From Candidatus Omnitrophota bacterium (GTDB lineage: Bacteria > Omnitrophota > Gorgyraeia > Zapsychrales > JAHFFX01): a DNA stretch of 64,000 nt. The notes under the pieces were generated by a model that did not search any database, was not told the origin of the DNA, and saw only the letters and a program-made list of their open reading frames with translations. Shown here piece by piece: positions 30,684-39,893 of the stretch; position 1 is the stretch's first letter; each line of letters begins with the position of its first letter. A program made the position numbers and the translations under genes. The stretch covers positions 7,359 to 71,358 of the forward strand of contig JAHFFW010000008.1 in NCBI GenBank assembly GCA_023247725.1, given 5' to 3'.

Positions 30684-31850
30684 ATGGCCACGCGACTAAA
30701 GCGGACGATTGTTGTTTTGTGGATCGGTATTCTTTTTGGAATTTTATGGATGTCTCGCTCCACCCATGCCTCTGCCTCCATTGTGCGGGTGGCGGTCGTC
30801 CTCGAACAGTCCAATTTTTCTTTGAGCGTCCGGGAAAAATTTGAGATTCGTAATTCTGGTTCCGGAGGGATGATTTTTTTAGGTCAAAATTTGAATGAAT
30901 CTGTGGTGACTTGCGGTCCGAAGGGAATCCACGTTGGGGAACATGGCTTTCCCGTAACGCGCCTGCGGATTGTCCCCCGTCGGGATGCATCCATCTCGAT
31001 TGGCAAACGACGGCTGCGAGGGGATTTGGAAGTGGTCTGCGGCCAGCATGGTTTGGTCACGGCGGTCAATGCGATCGAGCTGGAAGATTACGTCAAGGGG
31101 GTTCTGTATCACGAGGTTTCGAATCGCTGGCCTTTGGAGGCGATCAAGGCGCAAGCCGTTTGCACGAGGACGTATGCCCTTTTTCGGATGCGCAGTAAAA
31201 AAAGAGGCGACTATGATGTCACCAGTGATATTTATTCCCAAGTCTATGGGGGCCGAAACTCGGAAAAATACCGCACAACGATGGCAGCCAACCGCACGAA
31301 AGGGCTCGTCATGGTCTATGGGACCCAAATCCTGCCGGCCTACTTTCATTCTGTATGCGGCGGACATACGGAGGACGCGAGCGAGCTGTGGGGACATGAC
31401 CTTCTTCCCTTAAAAGGTGTCCCCTGTTCCTTTTGCCGGACGAGCCCGCACTATGCTTGGAAAAAAAATTTCCGGTCCAAGGATGTGCAGGACAAGCTCA
31501 ATGCCAATGGTTACAAACTCGGACTCATCAAAGCCATGGAAGTGGTTGACCGCAACATTAGCGGAAGGATCCGGAGACTGAAAATCACGACTCGCGACGG
31601 CAAAGAGGTCTTTATTTCCGGAAAGGATTTCCGCAATATCATTGGACCTAATGAGGTTCGCAGCAACAATTTCGAAATTGAGATGAAAGGATATTATTTC
31701 GATCTCACTGGCAAAGGGTGGGGGCATGGCGTCGGGATGTGCCAGTGGGGGGCCAACGAAATGGCCAGGCAGCGCAAGAAGTTCGAGGCTATTCTGCAGT
31801 ATTACTATCCCGGGGTCGATATCGTGAATATGGAACAAATCAATGATTAA
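30684..31850 (+). CDS. SpoIID/LytB domain lytic transglycosylase
   Basis: LEDYVKGVLYHE, EAIKAQAV..RTYA, QVYGG, GWGHGVGMCQWGA. Confidence 0.93.
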   Translation: MATRLKRTIVVLWIGILFGILWMSRSTHASASIVRVAVVLEQSNFSLSVREKFEIRNSGSGGMIFLGQNLNESVVTCGPKGIHVGEHGFPVTRLRIVPRRDASISIGKRRLRGDLEVVCGQHGLVTAVNAIELEDYVKGVLYHEVSNRWPLEAIKAQAVCTRTYALFRMRSKKRGDYDVTSDIYSQVYGGRNSEKYRTTMAANRTKGLVMVYGTQILPAYFHSVCGGHTEDASELWGHDLLPLKGVPCSFCRTSPHYAWKKNFRSKDVQDKLNANGYKLGLIKAMEVVDRNISGRIRRLKITTRDGKEVFISGKDFRNIIGPNEVRSNNFEIEMKGYYFDLTGKGWGHGVGMCQWGANEMARQRKKFEAILQYYYPGVDIVNMEQIND

Positions 31851-31861
31851 GGAAGGCAGCC

Positions 31862-32869
31862 ATGCAGCTGGATGATTTGTCCTATGACCTACCGGCAGAG
31901 AGGATTGCCCAATTCCCTTTGCCCGAACGGGCCGATTCCCGGCTTTTGGTCGTGGAGCGGCATTCAGAGACGATCTCGCATGATTCCTTTTTTCGGCTGG
32001 GAAAATATTTGCCAGCGCACAGCATCCTCGTCATCAACAACAGCAAGGTCATCCCGGCCCGTCTCTGGGGTCGTCGCGCCACCGGCGGCCGGGTGGAGAT
32101 TCTTCTTTTGCGCAAGCGCAACGAAGGCGAAGGTTATGAAGCGCTTTTTAGACCACTGAACCGTTTACAGAATGGCGAAACCATTGCCATTGACGAAAGT
32201 GATCTGCGCGCCGAGGTTGTGGATTGCCAAAGAAGGATTGTTCAGTTTAATAAAACGGATATCACGAGTGACCTCGAACGCATCGGGCACATGCCTTTGC
32301 CGCCTTATATCAAACGTCTGGATGAGCCACTTGATCGGCAACGGTATCAAACCGTTTACGCGAAAAATTATGGAGCCGTGGCGGCTCCGACGGCAGGTTT
32401 GCATTTTACGCCCGAGCTTTTGTCCGAATTAAAAAAGTCCGGGCATTCGTTGGTGGAGGTGACGCTGCATGTCAATTATGCCACCTTTGCGCCTGTGAAA
32501 GAAAAAGATCCGACGCGGCACGTGATGCATGAAGAAGAATATGCGGTCTCATCGTCGGCACAGCAGGAATTGACCAAGGCGAAGCAAAGCGGACGAAGAA
32601 TTGTGGCCGTGGGAACAACCAGCTGCCGGGTTCTGGAAACGGTGGCCGCGAGGGGGCCATGGGAAGGTCGAACAAATTTGTTCATTTGTCCTGGATATCG
32701 ATTCCTTGAGACCGATATTCTTCTGACGAATTTTCATCGACCCTTGAGCACGCTGCTCATGCTGGTTTATGCATTTGGCGGAATCGGCCTCATCCGCCGC
32801 GCGTATGAGGAAGCGATCAAGGAGAACTATCGTTTTTTTAGCTACGGCGATGCGATGTTGATTTTATAG
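31862..32869 (+). CDS. queA: tRNA preQ1(34) SAM ribosyltransferase-isomerase
   Basis: NNSKVIPARL, MPLPPYI, YQTVYA, AAPTAGLHFT, FFSYGDAM. Confidence 0.97.
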   Translation: MQLDDLSYDLPAERIAQFPLPERADSRLLVVERHSETISHDSFFRLGKYLPAHSILVINNSKVIPARLWGRRATGGRVEILLLRKRNEGEGYEALFRPLNRLQNGETIAIDESDLRAEVVDCQRRIVQFNKTDITSDLERIGHMPLPPYIKRLDEPLDRQRYQTVYAKNYGAVAAPTAGLHFTPELLSELKKSGHSLVEVTLHVNYATFAPVKEKDPTRHVMHEEEYAVSSSAQQELTKAKQSGRRIVAVGTTSCRVLETVAARGPWEGRTNLFICPGYRFLETDILLTNFHRPLSTLLMLVYAFGGIGLIRRAYEEAIKENYRFFSYGDAMLIL

Positions 32870-32900
32870 AGAAAGGATAAGCTAAAAGTTTTTACCCTAA

Positions 32901-34796
32901 ATGAAACGTCAAGAAATTTTACTCACCATCGCCATTGCCTTATTGGCCGTTTATATCCGATCGAATTTTTCCATTGGTCCTAGGGGAGGACACAGAGCCC
33001 CATTCCCATCGAGTTTGGAAATCGCGCAAGAGATGGTGGCGCAGGGTTGGAATCTGGAAACGCAGGGCAAGCTTCCGGAAGCCCTCTTACTTTACAATCA
33101 GGCGACGGTCGTGGACTCGCATTGTGCGCCGGCGTATGAACATCGCGCCATGCTCTCCGCCCGGCAAGGGGCCTTTAAGACAGCCTTGAATGAATTTGCC
33201 AAGGCCATCGAACTGGCGCCGAGGGAGGCTTCCGGCTATGTGCAGCGGGGAAAACTTTATTTTGGCATGGGCAATAACGAATTGGCGGCGGCTGATTTCA
33301 CGAAGGCGATGGAATTAAATCCCCGTGAGGCGCAGGCGATTCATTATTTGGCTCTGACCTATGCGGCTCAAAATAAAAATAAGGAATCCCTGGAACAATA
33401 TGATCGGTATCTGAGTTTAGCTCCGACGGACAATCAGGCCTACCGCGAGCGGGCGCGTCTGCATTGGGTTCTGGGTCATTCGCAAGACTCTTTAGCCGAT
33501 TATACCCATGCGATTGCGTTGAATCCCAAAGATCAGGAGGCTTATGAGGAGCGCATCCGAATTCTTCTTGCGCAAAAAAAATTTACCAAGGCCTTAGAAG
33601 ACTATTCAACGCTGATGGAATTGGATCCTGCGAATATGCGTTATCTCGCTAAGCGCATTCAGGTTTATGAAGAGTTGGGCAAGCCCGATCTAGCGCAAAA
33701 AGATCGGGAATTGATTCGGGCCAAAGACCCCGGCTTCTATAAAAATTGGTTGTTGCACCAAGGCGCGATCGAGCTCTCCATCGGGGATTGGGACAAAGCC
33801 CAGAAAGATTTCGATGAGGCGATTGCGATGGATCCCAACGGCCCTGCCCTTTATGAACAGAGGGGCAGGCTTGATGTTTTCAAAAAGGATTTTATTTTAG
33901 CGTTAGCCGATTTGGATAAGGCCGTCGAGCTTAATTCCAAGGATCCTTCTGTGTACAATTTCCGCGCCATGATCCACGCGCAAAAAAAAGATTGGGATCT
34001 CGCCTTGCGGGATTTGAATCAGGCGCTTATTCTTAATCCGCGCTACGCCAACGGTTATATGAATCGAGCCCGGATTTATTTAGAGAAGGGGGAATATGAA
34101 AGAAGTTGGAGTGATGTGGCGCAAGTCCGAACGCTGGGCGCAGCCCTCGACGAACAATTCCTGCAGAACTTACAAGAGAAATCCGGCCAAAAGGATTCTG
34201 GGCGTGAGCCGTTGTCGTCCGCCTCGGATGCGGGGCGTTCGTCAGATTCGTTCTTCAATGAAATTCGACTGGGTCAGAACAATGAGCCAGATTCGCTTTT
34301 CTCGACATGGAAAACGATTCATGTTCATCCGCCGGCAGGATGGAAGAAAGAAACAAAGGTGAACTATCCAGGCGGCCAAGCCCTTCTGCAGTACAGCAGA
34401 TCGGCGCAGCAGGCAATCCCCCGTATTTTGCTCAGCGTAAGCGAATTTCCCCACGGGATGTCTTCGATCCAAGAATATGCTCAGACCGTCAAGGAATTTA
34501 TGCAGGAAAATTCTCCTTCCGAGGCCAAGGTTACTATCAGTGAGCCGAAACTGGAAAATCGGGCGGGGCGCAATGTCGCGTACCTGGAATTTTTCAGTGA
34601 AGGCCATAACGGCATCAAGTACCGATTTGCCTGGTATCAGATTCCATTTGAGAAGGTGATTCTGACGGTGCAGTACCACAATACGGATTATCAATTTCCG
34701 GAAGATTTTTTGGCTTTTCAACGGTTGGTCGACTCTTTAGAATTTCAAGAAAGAGATGTCAACGCCGCGGCCCCTGACTTTAAAAAAGGAAATTGA
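32901..34796 (+). CDS. Membrane-anchored TPR protein with a C-terminal PsbP/DcrB-like domain
   Basis: N-terminal TM helix, about 10 TPR units (KAIELxP), C-terminal HPPAGW...FQRLVDSLEF. Confidence 0.75.
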   Translation: MKRQEILLTIAIALLAVYIRSNFSIGPRGGHRAPFPSSLEIAQEMVAQGWNLETQGKLPEALLLYNQATVVDSHCAPAYEHRAMLSARQGAFKTALNEFAKAIELAPREASGYVQRGKLYFGMGNNELAAADFTKAMELNPREAQAIHYLALTYAAQNKNKESLEQYDRYLSLAPTDNQAYRERARLHWVLGHSQDSLADYTHAIALNPKDQEAYEERIRILLAQKKFTKALEDYSTLMELDPANMRYLAKRIQVYEELGKPDLAQKDRELIRAKDPGFYKNWLLHQGAIELSIGDWDKAQKDFDEAIAMDPNGPALYEQRGRLDVFKKDFILALADLDKAVELNSKDPSVYNFRAMIHAQKKDWDLALRDLNQALILNPRYANGYMNRARIYLEKGEYERSWSDVAQVRTLGAALDEQFLQNLQEKSGQKDSGREPLSSASDAGRSSDSFFNEIRLGQNNEPDSLFSTWKTIHVHPPAGWKKETKVNYPGGQALLQYSRSAQQAIPRILLSVSEFPHGMSSIQEYAQTVKEFMQENSPSEAKVTISEPKLENRAGRNVAYLEFFSEGHNGIKYRFAWYQIPFEKVILTVQYHNTDYQFPEDFLAFQRLVDSLEFQERDVNAAAPDFKKGN

Positions 34797-35959
34797 TGAA
34801 GCCAATTCTCAAGACAGGCTCAAATTCTTTTCAATTATTGGCCAAGGATCGCGAGACCCTGGCCCGACGGGGAATCCTGCGTACGGCCCACGGTGACATT
34901 CAGACGCCTTTTTTTATGCCGGTCGGCACCAATGGCACCGTTAAGACGCTTTCCTCGGAAGATTTGCAGGAGATGCATTCCCCCATTGTTTTGTCGAATA
35001 CGTATCACTTATTTATTCGGCCAGGGACTGCGGTGATCAAAAAAGCGGGAGACCTGCATTCGTTTATGAATTGGCATAAACCTATTTTGACCGATTCCGG
35101 GGGCTATCAAGTTTTTTCTTTGGCCCCATTACGCAAAGTGACCGATGAGGGTGTGCAGTTCCAATCCCATTTCGACGGGAAAACCCATTTTTTGACTCCC
35201 GAAGAGGTGATCGCAATCGAAGGCATTCTCGGATCGGACATCATGATGCCGTTGGATGAATGCGCGCCGTATCCCTGCGAACCCGAACATGCGCAAGAAG
35301 CGTTGGAGCGAACGACGCGTTGGGCCCGGCGCTCGAAGGATTTTTTTTTGAGCAAAAAGATAGCTAAAGATCGCCAGTTATTATTTGGAATCATTCAAGG
35401 GTCTTCTTTTAAGGAATTGCGCGAGCAGTCGGCAAAAGCGATTGTCGAAATCGGTTTTGATGGATATGCCGTCGGTGGCGTGAGTGTCGGCGAACCGGTT
35501 TCGCTCATGTTTGAAACCCTCGCCTGGGTTGAGCCTTTGTTGCCGGAAGCACAACCGCGTTATTTCATGGGGATTGGTTATCCGGATCAAATGGTCCGGG
35601 CCGTGGCCGCCGGCATGGATATGTTTGATACGGTCATCCCGACGCGCTTTGGTCGTAATGGAAGTGCCTTTACCAACTGCGGCCGATTGGCCATGCGTAA
35701 TGCCGAATACATTGAAGATTTTCATCCGCTCGACGAAGATTGCCGCTGCATTGTTTGCCAGAAATACACGCGCAGCTACATCCGGCACTTGTTGAACGCC
35801 GGAGAAATCCTGGGATTAAAATTGCTGGCCTATCACAATGTTTTCTTCTATATTCATTTGCTCGAGCGGATCCGTCAGGCGATCGAACAAGGGACATTCA
35901 AACAATTCCATGACAACTTTTTGGCGCATTTCAAACCGAATTCCGAGGGAGCATTGTAG
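34796..35959 (+). CDS. tgt: tRNA-guanine transglycosylase
   Basis: FMPVGT, NTYHL, TDSGGYQVFSL, CxCxxC...H zinc site. Confidence 0.97.
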   Translation: MKPILKTGSNSFQLLAKDRETLARRGILRTAHGDIQTPFFMPVGTNGTVKTLSSEDLQEMHSPIVLSNTYHLFIRPGTAVIKKAGDLHSFMNWHKPILTDSGGYQVFSLAPLRKVTDEGVQFQSHFDGKTHFLTPEEVIAIEGILGSDIMMPLDECAPYPCEPEHAQEALERTTRWARRSKDFFLSKKIAKDRQLLFGIIQGSSFKELREQSAKAIVEIGFDGYAVGGVSVGEPVSLMFETLAWVEPLLPEAQPRYFMGIGYPDQMVRAVAAGMDMFDTVIPTRFGRNGSAFTNCGRLAMRNAEYIEDFHPLDEDCRCIVCQKYTRSYIRHLLNAGEILGLKLLAYHNVFFYIHLLERIRQAIEQGTFKQFHDNFLAHFKPNSEGAL

Positions 35960-35973
35960 CGTGAAGATCAAAT

Positions 35974-36030
35974 GGCAATCCGGTCATCCGGGTCATTATT
36001 TCCGGATGACCGGATTGCCTGATAACCAGT
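35974..36030. repeat. Perfect 18-bp inverted repeat built from degenerate 8-nt units
   Basis: ggcaatccggtcatccgg-N10-ccggatgaccggattgcc, continuing as cctgataa ccagtaa. Confidence 0.85.
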
Positions 36031-36062
36031 AATTTATTTCCATTTTCTTAGCTTAAGTCCCT

Positions 36063-36788
36063 ATGCTACGATTCGATATCATCACCATTTTCCCAACGAT
36101 GTTTGCCTCCGTTCTTAATGACTCCATCGTCGGACGGGCCCAGGCTAAAAAAAAGATTTCTATCGGTGTCCATAACCTGTGGGATTTTACGACGGATCCG
36201 TATCGCCAGGTCGATGACCGTCCTTTTGGCGGAGGGCCGGGGATGGTGTTGATGTGCGAGCCCATTTTCCGGGCCGTGGAGAAAATCCGCGGACGAAAAA
36301 AGCAAGCCCGGGTGATCCTCCTTTGCCCGACGGGAAAAACTCTGACTCAAGCCCTTGCCAAGAAGCTGGCCAAGAGAAAACACCTCATCCTCATTTGCGG
36401 TCATTATGAAGGCGTGGATGAGCGGGTCAGGGAGAAACTGGTTGATGAAAGCATTTCCATCGGCGATTATGTTTTGACCGGCGGGGAATTGCCGGCGATG
36501 GTTTTGGTTGATTGTTTGTCTCGTCTGGTTCCGGGTGTTTTAGGCAGAAGAGAATCACTCTTGTGCGAATCCTTTGAATCCAACCAGCTGGAGTATCCTC
36601 AGTACACCCGTCCGGCAAATTTTCATGGAATGAAAATTCCAAATGTGTTATTATCGGGTCATCATCAACAGATTGAAACGTGGCGAAAACAACAGTCCCT
36701 CGCCCGCACGAAAAAACTCCGTCCGGATTTGCTGAAAATCCCACTCAATCAATCCAATTCGCAAAGGTTTAAGAAGACTCGGGGGTAA
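36063..36788 (+). CDS. trmD: tRNA (guanine37-N1)-methyltransferase
   Basis: [37 protein letters not shown]. Confidence 0.97.
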   Translation: MLRFDIITIFPTMFASVLNDSIVGRAQAKKKISIGVHNLWDFTTDPYRQVDDRPFGGGPGMVLMCEPIFRAVEKIRGRKKQARVILLCPTGKTLTQALAKKLAKRKHLILICGHYEGVDERVREKLVDESISIGDYVLTGGELPAMVLVDCLSRLVPGVLGRRESLLCESFESNQLEYPQYTRPANFHGMKIPNVLLSGHHQQIETWRKQQSLARTKKLRPDLLKIPLNQSNSQRFKKTRG

Positions 36789-36792
36789 TGAT

Positions 36793-37158
36793 ATGGCTTT
36801 GAGCGCACAGGAGAAAATCAAATTGATGGAAGAAAAATATGCCCGCAAGGAGTTGCCGGAATTTAATGTCGGCGACACCGTGGCGATGCGGATCAAGGTC
36901 GCCGAAGCGGACAAGGTGAGGCTGCACCCTTTTGAAGGGACGGTCATCAAAAAGACCAGCCGCGGTTTGAAAGGGACATTCACCGTGCGCAAAGTTTCCT
37001 TTGGCGAAGGCGTCGAAAGAGTTTTTCCCCTGCATTCTCCCGTCATCGAGAGCCTCAAAGTCGTCAGCAAAGGCAAGGTCAATCGCGCCAAACTTTACTA
37101 CCTGCGCAAGATGGTCGGCAAGCAATCCAAAGTTAAACAGGATCAAGCGGCACAATAA
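36793..37158 (+). CDS. rplS: 50S ribosomal protein L19
   Basis: FNVGDTV, FTVRK...[15 protein letters not shown]. Confidence 0.97.
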   Translation: MALSAQEKIKLMEEKYARKELPEFNVGDTVAMRIKVAEADKVRLHPFEGTVIKKTSRGLKGTFTVRKVSFGEGVERVFPLHSPVIESLKVVSKGKVNRAKLYYLRKMVGKQSKVKQDQAAQ

Positions 37159-37159
37159 C

Positions 37160-37924
37160 ATGACGGCTGCAAAGCTCGTCGGCAAAAAATCGGTGAAATT
37201 AAGGCCCGGCAGCCTCAATGGCCGCCGAGGCTTTCGTTTTGAAAAGGCAGCCCAAGAAAATGGTTTTCACTTCATTGTGGGTATTGATGAGTCCGGCCGC
37301 GGACCCTTGGCCGGGCCGGTCGTGGCGGCTGCCGTTCTTCTTTATGATCACGAGTTTTGCGAGCTTATTCGCAATTCCAAACGGCTTTCTGCGGAACAGC
37401 GGGAAGTCGCCTTTCATGAGATTATGCACAAAGCGACCGTAGGTGTTGGTGTGGTCTCGGAGACGGTCATCGATTCGATCAATATCCTGCGGGCTTCCTA
37501 CCATGCCATGGTGGTTGCGGTCACCCAACTCATTGGGCGAATGCCCGCCCAAATTACTGGCCAACCCGACTTTGAACAAAAGGTGCATTTATTGGTCGAT
37601 GGAAATTCTTTTAAGTCGGATCTGCCCTATTCCTATAAAACGATCATTGATGGCGATAACCTATGCCTTTCGATTGCCTGCGCTTCGATTGTGGCCAAAG
37701 TGATCCGCGATCGGATTCTCCATACGTACGATTGTATTTTTCCCCATTGGGGTTTTGCCAAGCACAAGGGTTACGCAACAAAAGAGCATCGAGCGGCCAT
37801 CAAAAAGTTTGGCGTGGCTCCCATTCACCGCCACTCATTTCTCCGCCTCATCAATTCTAAAGTTGAGTCTCCTCGATTGCAGGAGGAGCTTTTAGTCCGT
37901 GCTCTCGAATACGCAAGAAGGTGA
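37160..37924 (+). CDS. rnhB: Ribonuclease HII (start moved to ATG 37160)
   Basis: GIDESGRGPLAGPV, VDG, ASIVAKVIRD, HKGY, HRHSF. Confidence 0.93.
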   Translation: MTAAKLVGKKSVKLRPGSLNGRRGFRFEKAAQENGFHFIVGIDESGRGPLAGPVVAAAVLLYDHEFCELIRNSKRLSAEQREVAFHEIMHKATVGVGVVSETVIDSINILRASYHAMVVAVTQLIGRMPAQITGQPDFEQKVHLLVDGNSFKSDLPYSYKTIIDGDNLCLSIACASIVAKVIRDRILHTYDCIFPHWGFAKHKGYATKEHRAAIKKFGVAPIHRHSFLRLINSKVESPRLQEELLVRALEYARR

Positions 37925-37972
37925 TGGGATGAATAGAGCCCCCGGCGGGTTGCTTAAAACGCACACCGATTG

Positions 37973-38347
37973 ATGACGCAATATTTCAAGACTGTCCTTG
38001 GCCACCGAGGAGAAACCCTGGCCTGCACCTATTTGCAGAAACAGGGTTACCGCATCCTGGAACGTAACGTCCGAACGCGATTGGGAGAGATTGATATCGT
38101 TGCGGTTCATCAAGGGACGATCTGTTTTATCGAGGTCAGGACCCGGCATAATTTGGATAAAGGCCATCCCTTGGAATCGTTATCCTTTTTAAAGCGGCGC
38201 AAATTAACCCAGCTGGTTTGGTGGTATTTGAAATCGCGCGGATGGCAGGAAAGAAAGGTACGGTTGGATGCCGTCGGTATCCTTTGGCCGGCGCAGGGCA
38301 AACCTATGGTAGAGCTCATCCAGAATGCCTTCGAAGTTTCTTCGTGA
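37973..38347 (+). CDS. yraN: YraN family endonuclease-like protein (UPF0102)
   Basis: G..GE..A..YL...GY.ILERN, GEIDIV, FIEVRTR. Confidence 0.92.
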   Translation: MTQYFKTVLGHRGETLACTYLQKQGYRILERNVRTRLGEIDIVAVHQGTICFIEVRTRHNLDKGHPLESLSFLKRRKLTQLVWWYLKSRGWQERKVRLDAVGILWPAQGKPMVELIQNAFEVSS

Positions 38348-38393
38348 TCCATTGGAATCTGCTGGCTACGCCGACAAAATTTTGGCGCTTTCA

Positions 38394-38422
38394 TTGAAAT
38401 GAAAAAGACTTTAGGTTATGAT
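38394..38422 (+). promoter_or_regulatory. Candidate sigma70 promoter for the cyclodeaminase-folD unit
   Basis: TTGAAA-N17-TATGAT. Confidence 0.6.
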
Positions 38423-38497
38423 AATCCCATCTTTCCAAATTTTCGACGTAGGACTTGATTTCTTGCCACTTGAATTCATTCATCCACCGTTTTTTGC

Positions 38498-38983
38498 ATG
38501 AACAAATTCCAGCATCACACCCTCAAAGAATACCTGACACAACTATCACGGAAAGTTCCAGTCCCCGGCGGGGGATCGGCGGCAGCCCTTTGCGGGGCTT
38601 TAGGCGCAGCTTTATTATCCATGGTGGCCCAGTATTCCCTGGGAAGAAATTCTTCGGTAGCTCAAGAAAAAAAAATGCAGGATGCTTTAAGTCAAAGTGA
38701 ACGCCTGCGCCACCGCCTGACCACCCTCGTGGACTTAGATGCCCAGGCCTACAGGCGGGTTGTAAAATCCCGGGGCGCATCCCTGGCCCGGCGGCAAAGG
38801 GCGCTCAAAAAAGCCAGGGAAGTCCCTTTAGAGATCTGCGAACGTTGTTATCAGGCGGCGAACCTCGCCCCTTTTTTGGTCCAATCGGGAAACCCCTCTT
38901 TGCTCAGCGATGTGGAGGTGGCCATGGAACTATTGTGGGCGGCGTTTCGCGCTGCCAAGATCAATGTCGAGATCAATCAATGA
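38498..38983 (+). CDS. Cyclodeaminase/methenyl-THF cyclohydrolase family (FTCD_C)
   Basis: PVPGGGSAAA, D.DA.AY, GNPSLLSD, NVEIN. Confidence 0.9.
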   Translation: MNKFQHHTLKEYLTQLSRKVPVPGGGSAAALCGALGAALLSMVAQYSLGRNSSVAQEKKMQDALSQSERLRHRLTTLVDLDAQAYRRVVKSRGASLARRQRALKKAREVPLEICERCYQAANLAPFLVQSGNPSLLSDVEVAMELLWAAFRAAKINVEINQ

Positions 38984-39888
38984 AAATTCCGGAATCCACG
39001 TCTCAATCTGAATCGGGCTTCGCCGCTCCCGCCAAACTCCTCGACGGAAAATTGTTGAGCGCCCAGCTTAAAGAACAATTAAAAAAAGAATTGTCGGATC
39101 TGAGGGAGCGTTTTGGTCACGTCCCGGCCCTCGTCAATATCATGATCGGAGAGCCGGCGTCCTCCTGCGCGTATGCCAGCTCCCAAAAAAAAGTCGCTGG
39201 CGAAATTGGCATCGAATACCGATTGACCAGTCTGCCTCTGGAGATTTCCCAGCGCGATCTGATTGCGTACATTGAAAAACTCAATAAAGATCCCCATATT
39301 CACGGCATCATGCTGCACAAGCCGGTTCCCAAACAAATTGATTACCGCCTGGTGGCCAATCATGTCGACCCCGCGAAAGATTTAGAAGGCATCAACGTCG
39401 AGAACATTGGCAAAATGATTCTGGGAGAAACCCGGATCATCCCTTGCACGCCGGCGGCGGTCATGGAACACATCAAATCCAGCGGCATCAATATTCGGGG
39501 AAAAGAAGCGGTGGTGGTTGGCCATAGCGAGATCGTGGGAAAACCGTTGAGTCTGTTGTTGCTGGAACAATATGCGACCGTCACCGTCTGTCATGTGGCC
39601 ACCCACGAGGCAGGAAAACTTCGGGAGCATGTGAGTCAGGCCGATATCCTGATTGTTGCCGTCGGAAAACCCGCCTTAATCAAAGGCGATTGGATTAAAA
39701 AAGGCAGCGTCGTCATTGACGTGGGGATTAACCGCGTGGGCGATCGCATCGAAGGGGATGTCGAATTCGAAAGCGCCCGCCGCAACGCCGCGTACATCAC
39801 CCCGGTTCCGGGAGGGGTTGGGCCGGTGACGGTTGTCATGTTGATGCGTAATGCCATTGAGGCATTTAAAATTCAGAATAGAAAGTAA
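38980..39888 (+). CDS. folD: Bifunctional methylene-THF dehydrogenase/cyclohydrolase
   Basis: LDGK, PCTP, GHSEIVGKP, IDVGINR, TPVPGGVGP; ATGA overlap with the upstream gene. Confidence 0.95.
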   Translation: MKIPESTSQSESGFAAPAKLLDGKLLSAQLKEQLKKELSDLRERFGHVPALVNIMIGEPASSCAYASSQKKVAGEIGIEYRLTSLPLEISQRDLIAYIEKLNKDPHIHGIMLHKPVPKQIDYRLVANHVDPAKDLEGINVENIGKMILGETRIIPCTPAAVMEHIKSSGINIRGKEAVVVGHSEIVGKPLSLLLLEQYATVTVCHVATHEAGKLREHVSQADILIVAVGKPALIKGDWIKKGSVVIDVGINRVGDRIEGDVEFESARRNAAYITPVPGGVGPVTVVMLMRNAIEAFKIQNRK

Positions 39889-39893
39889 TCCTC

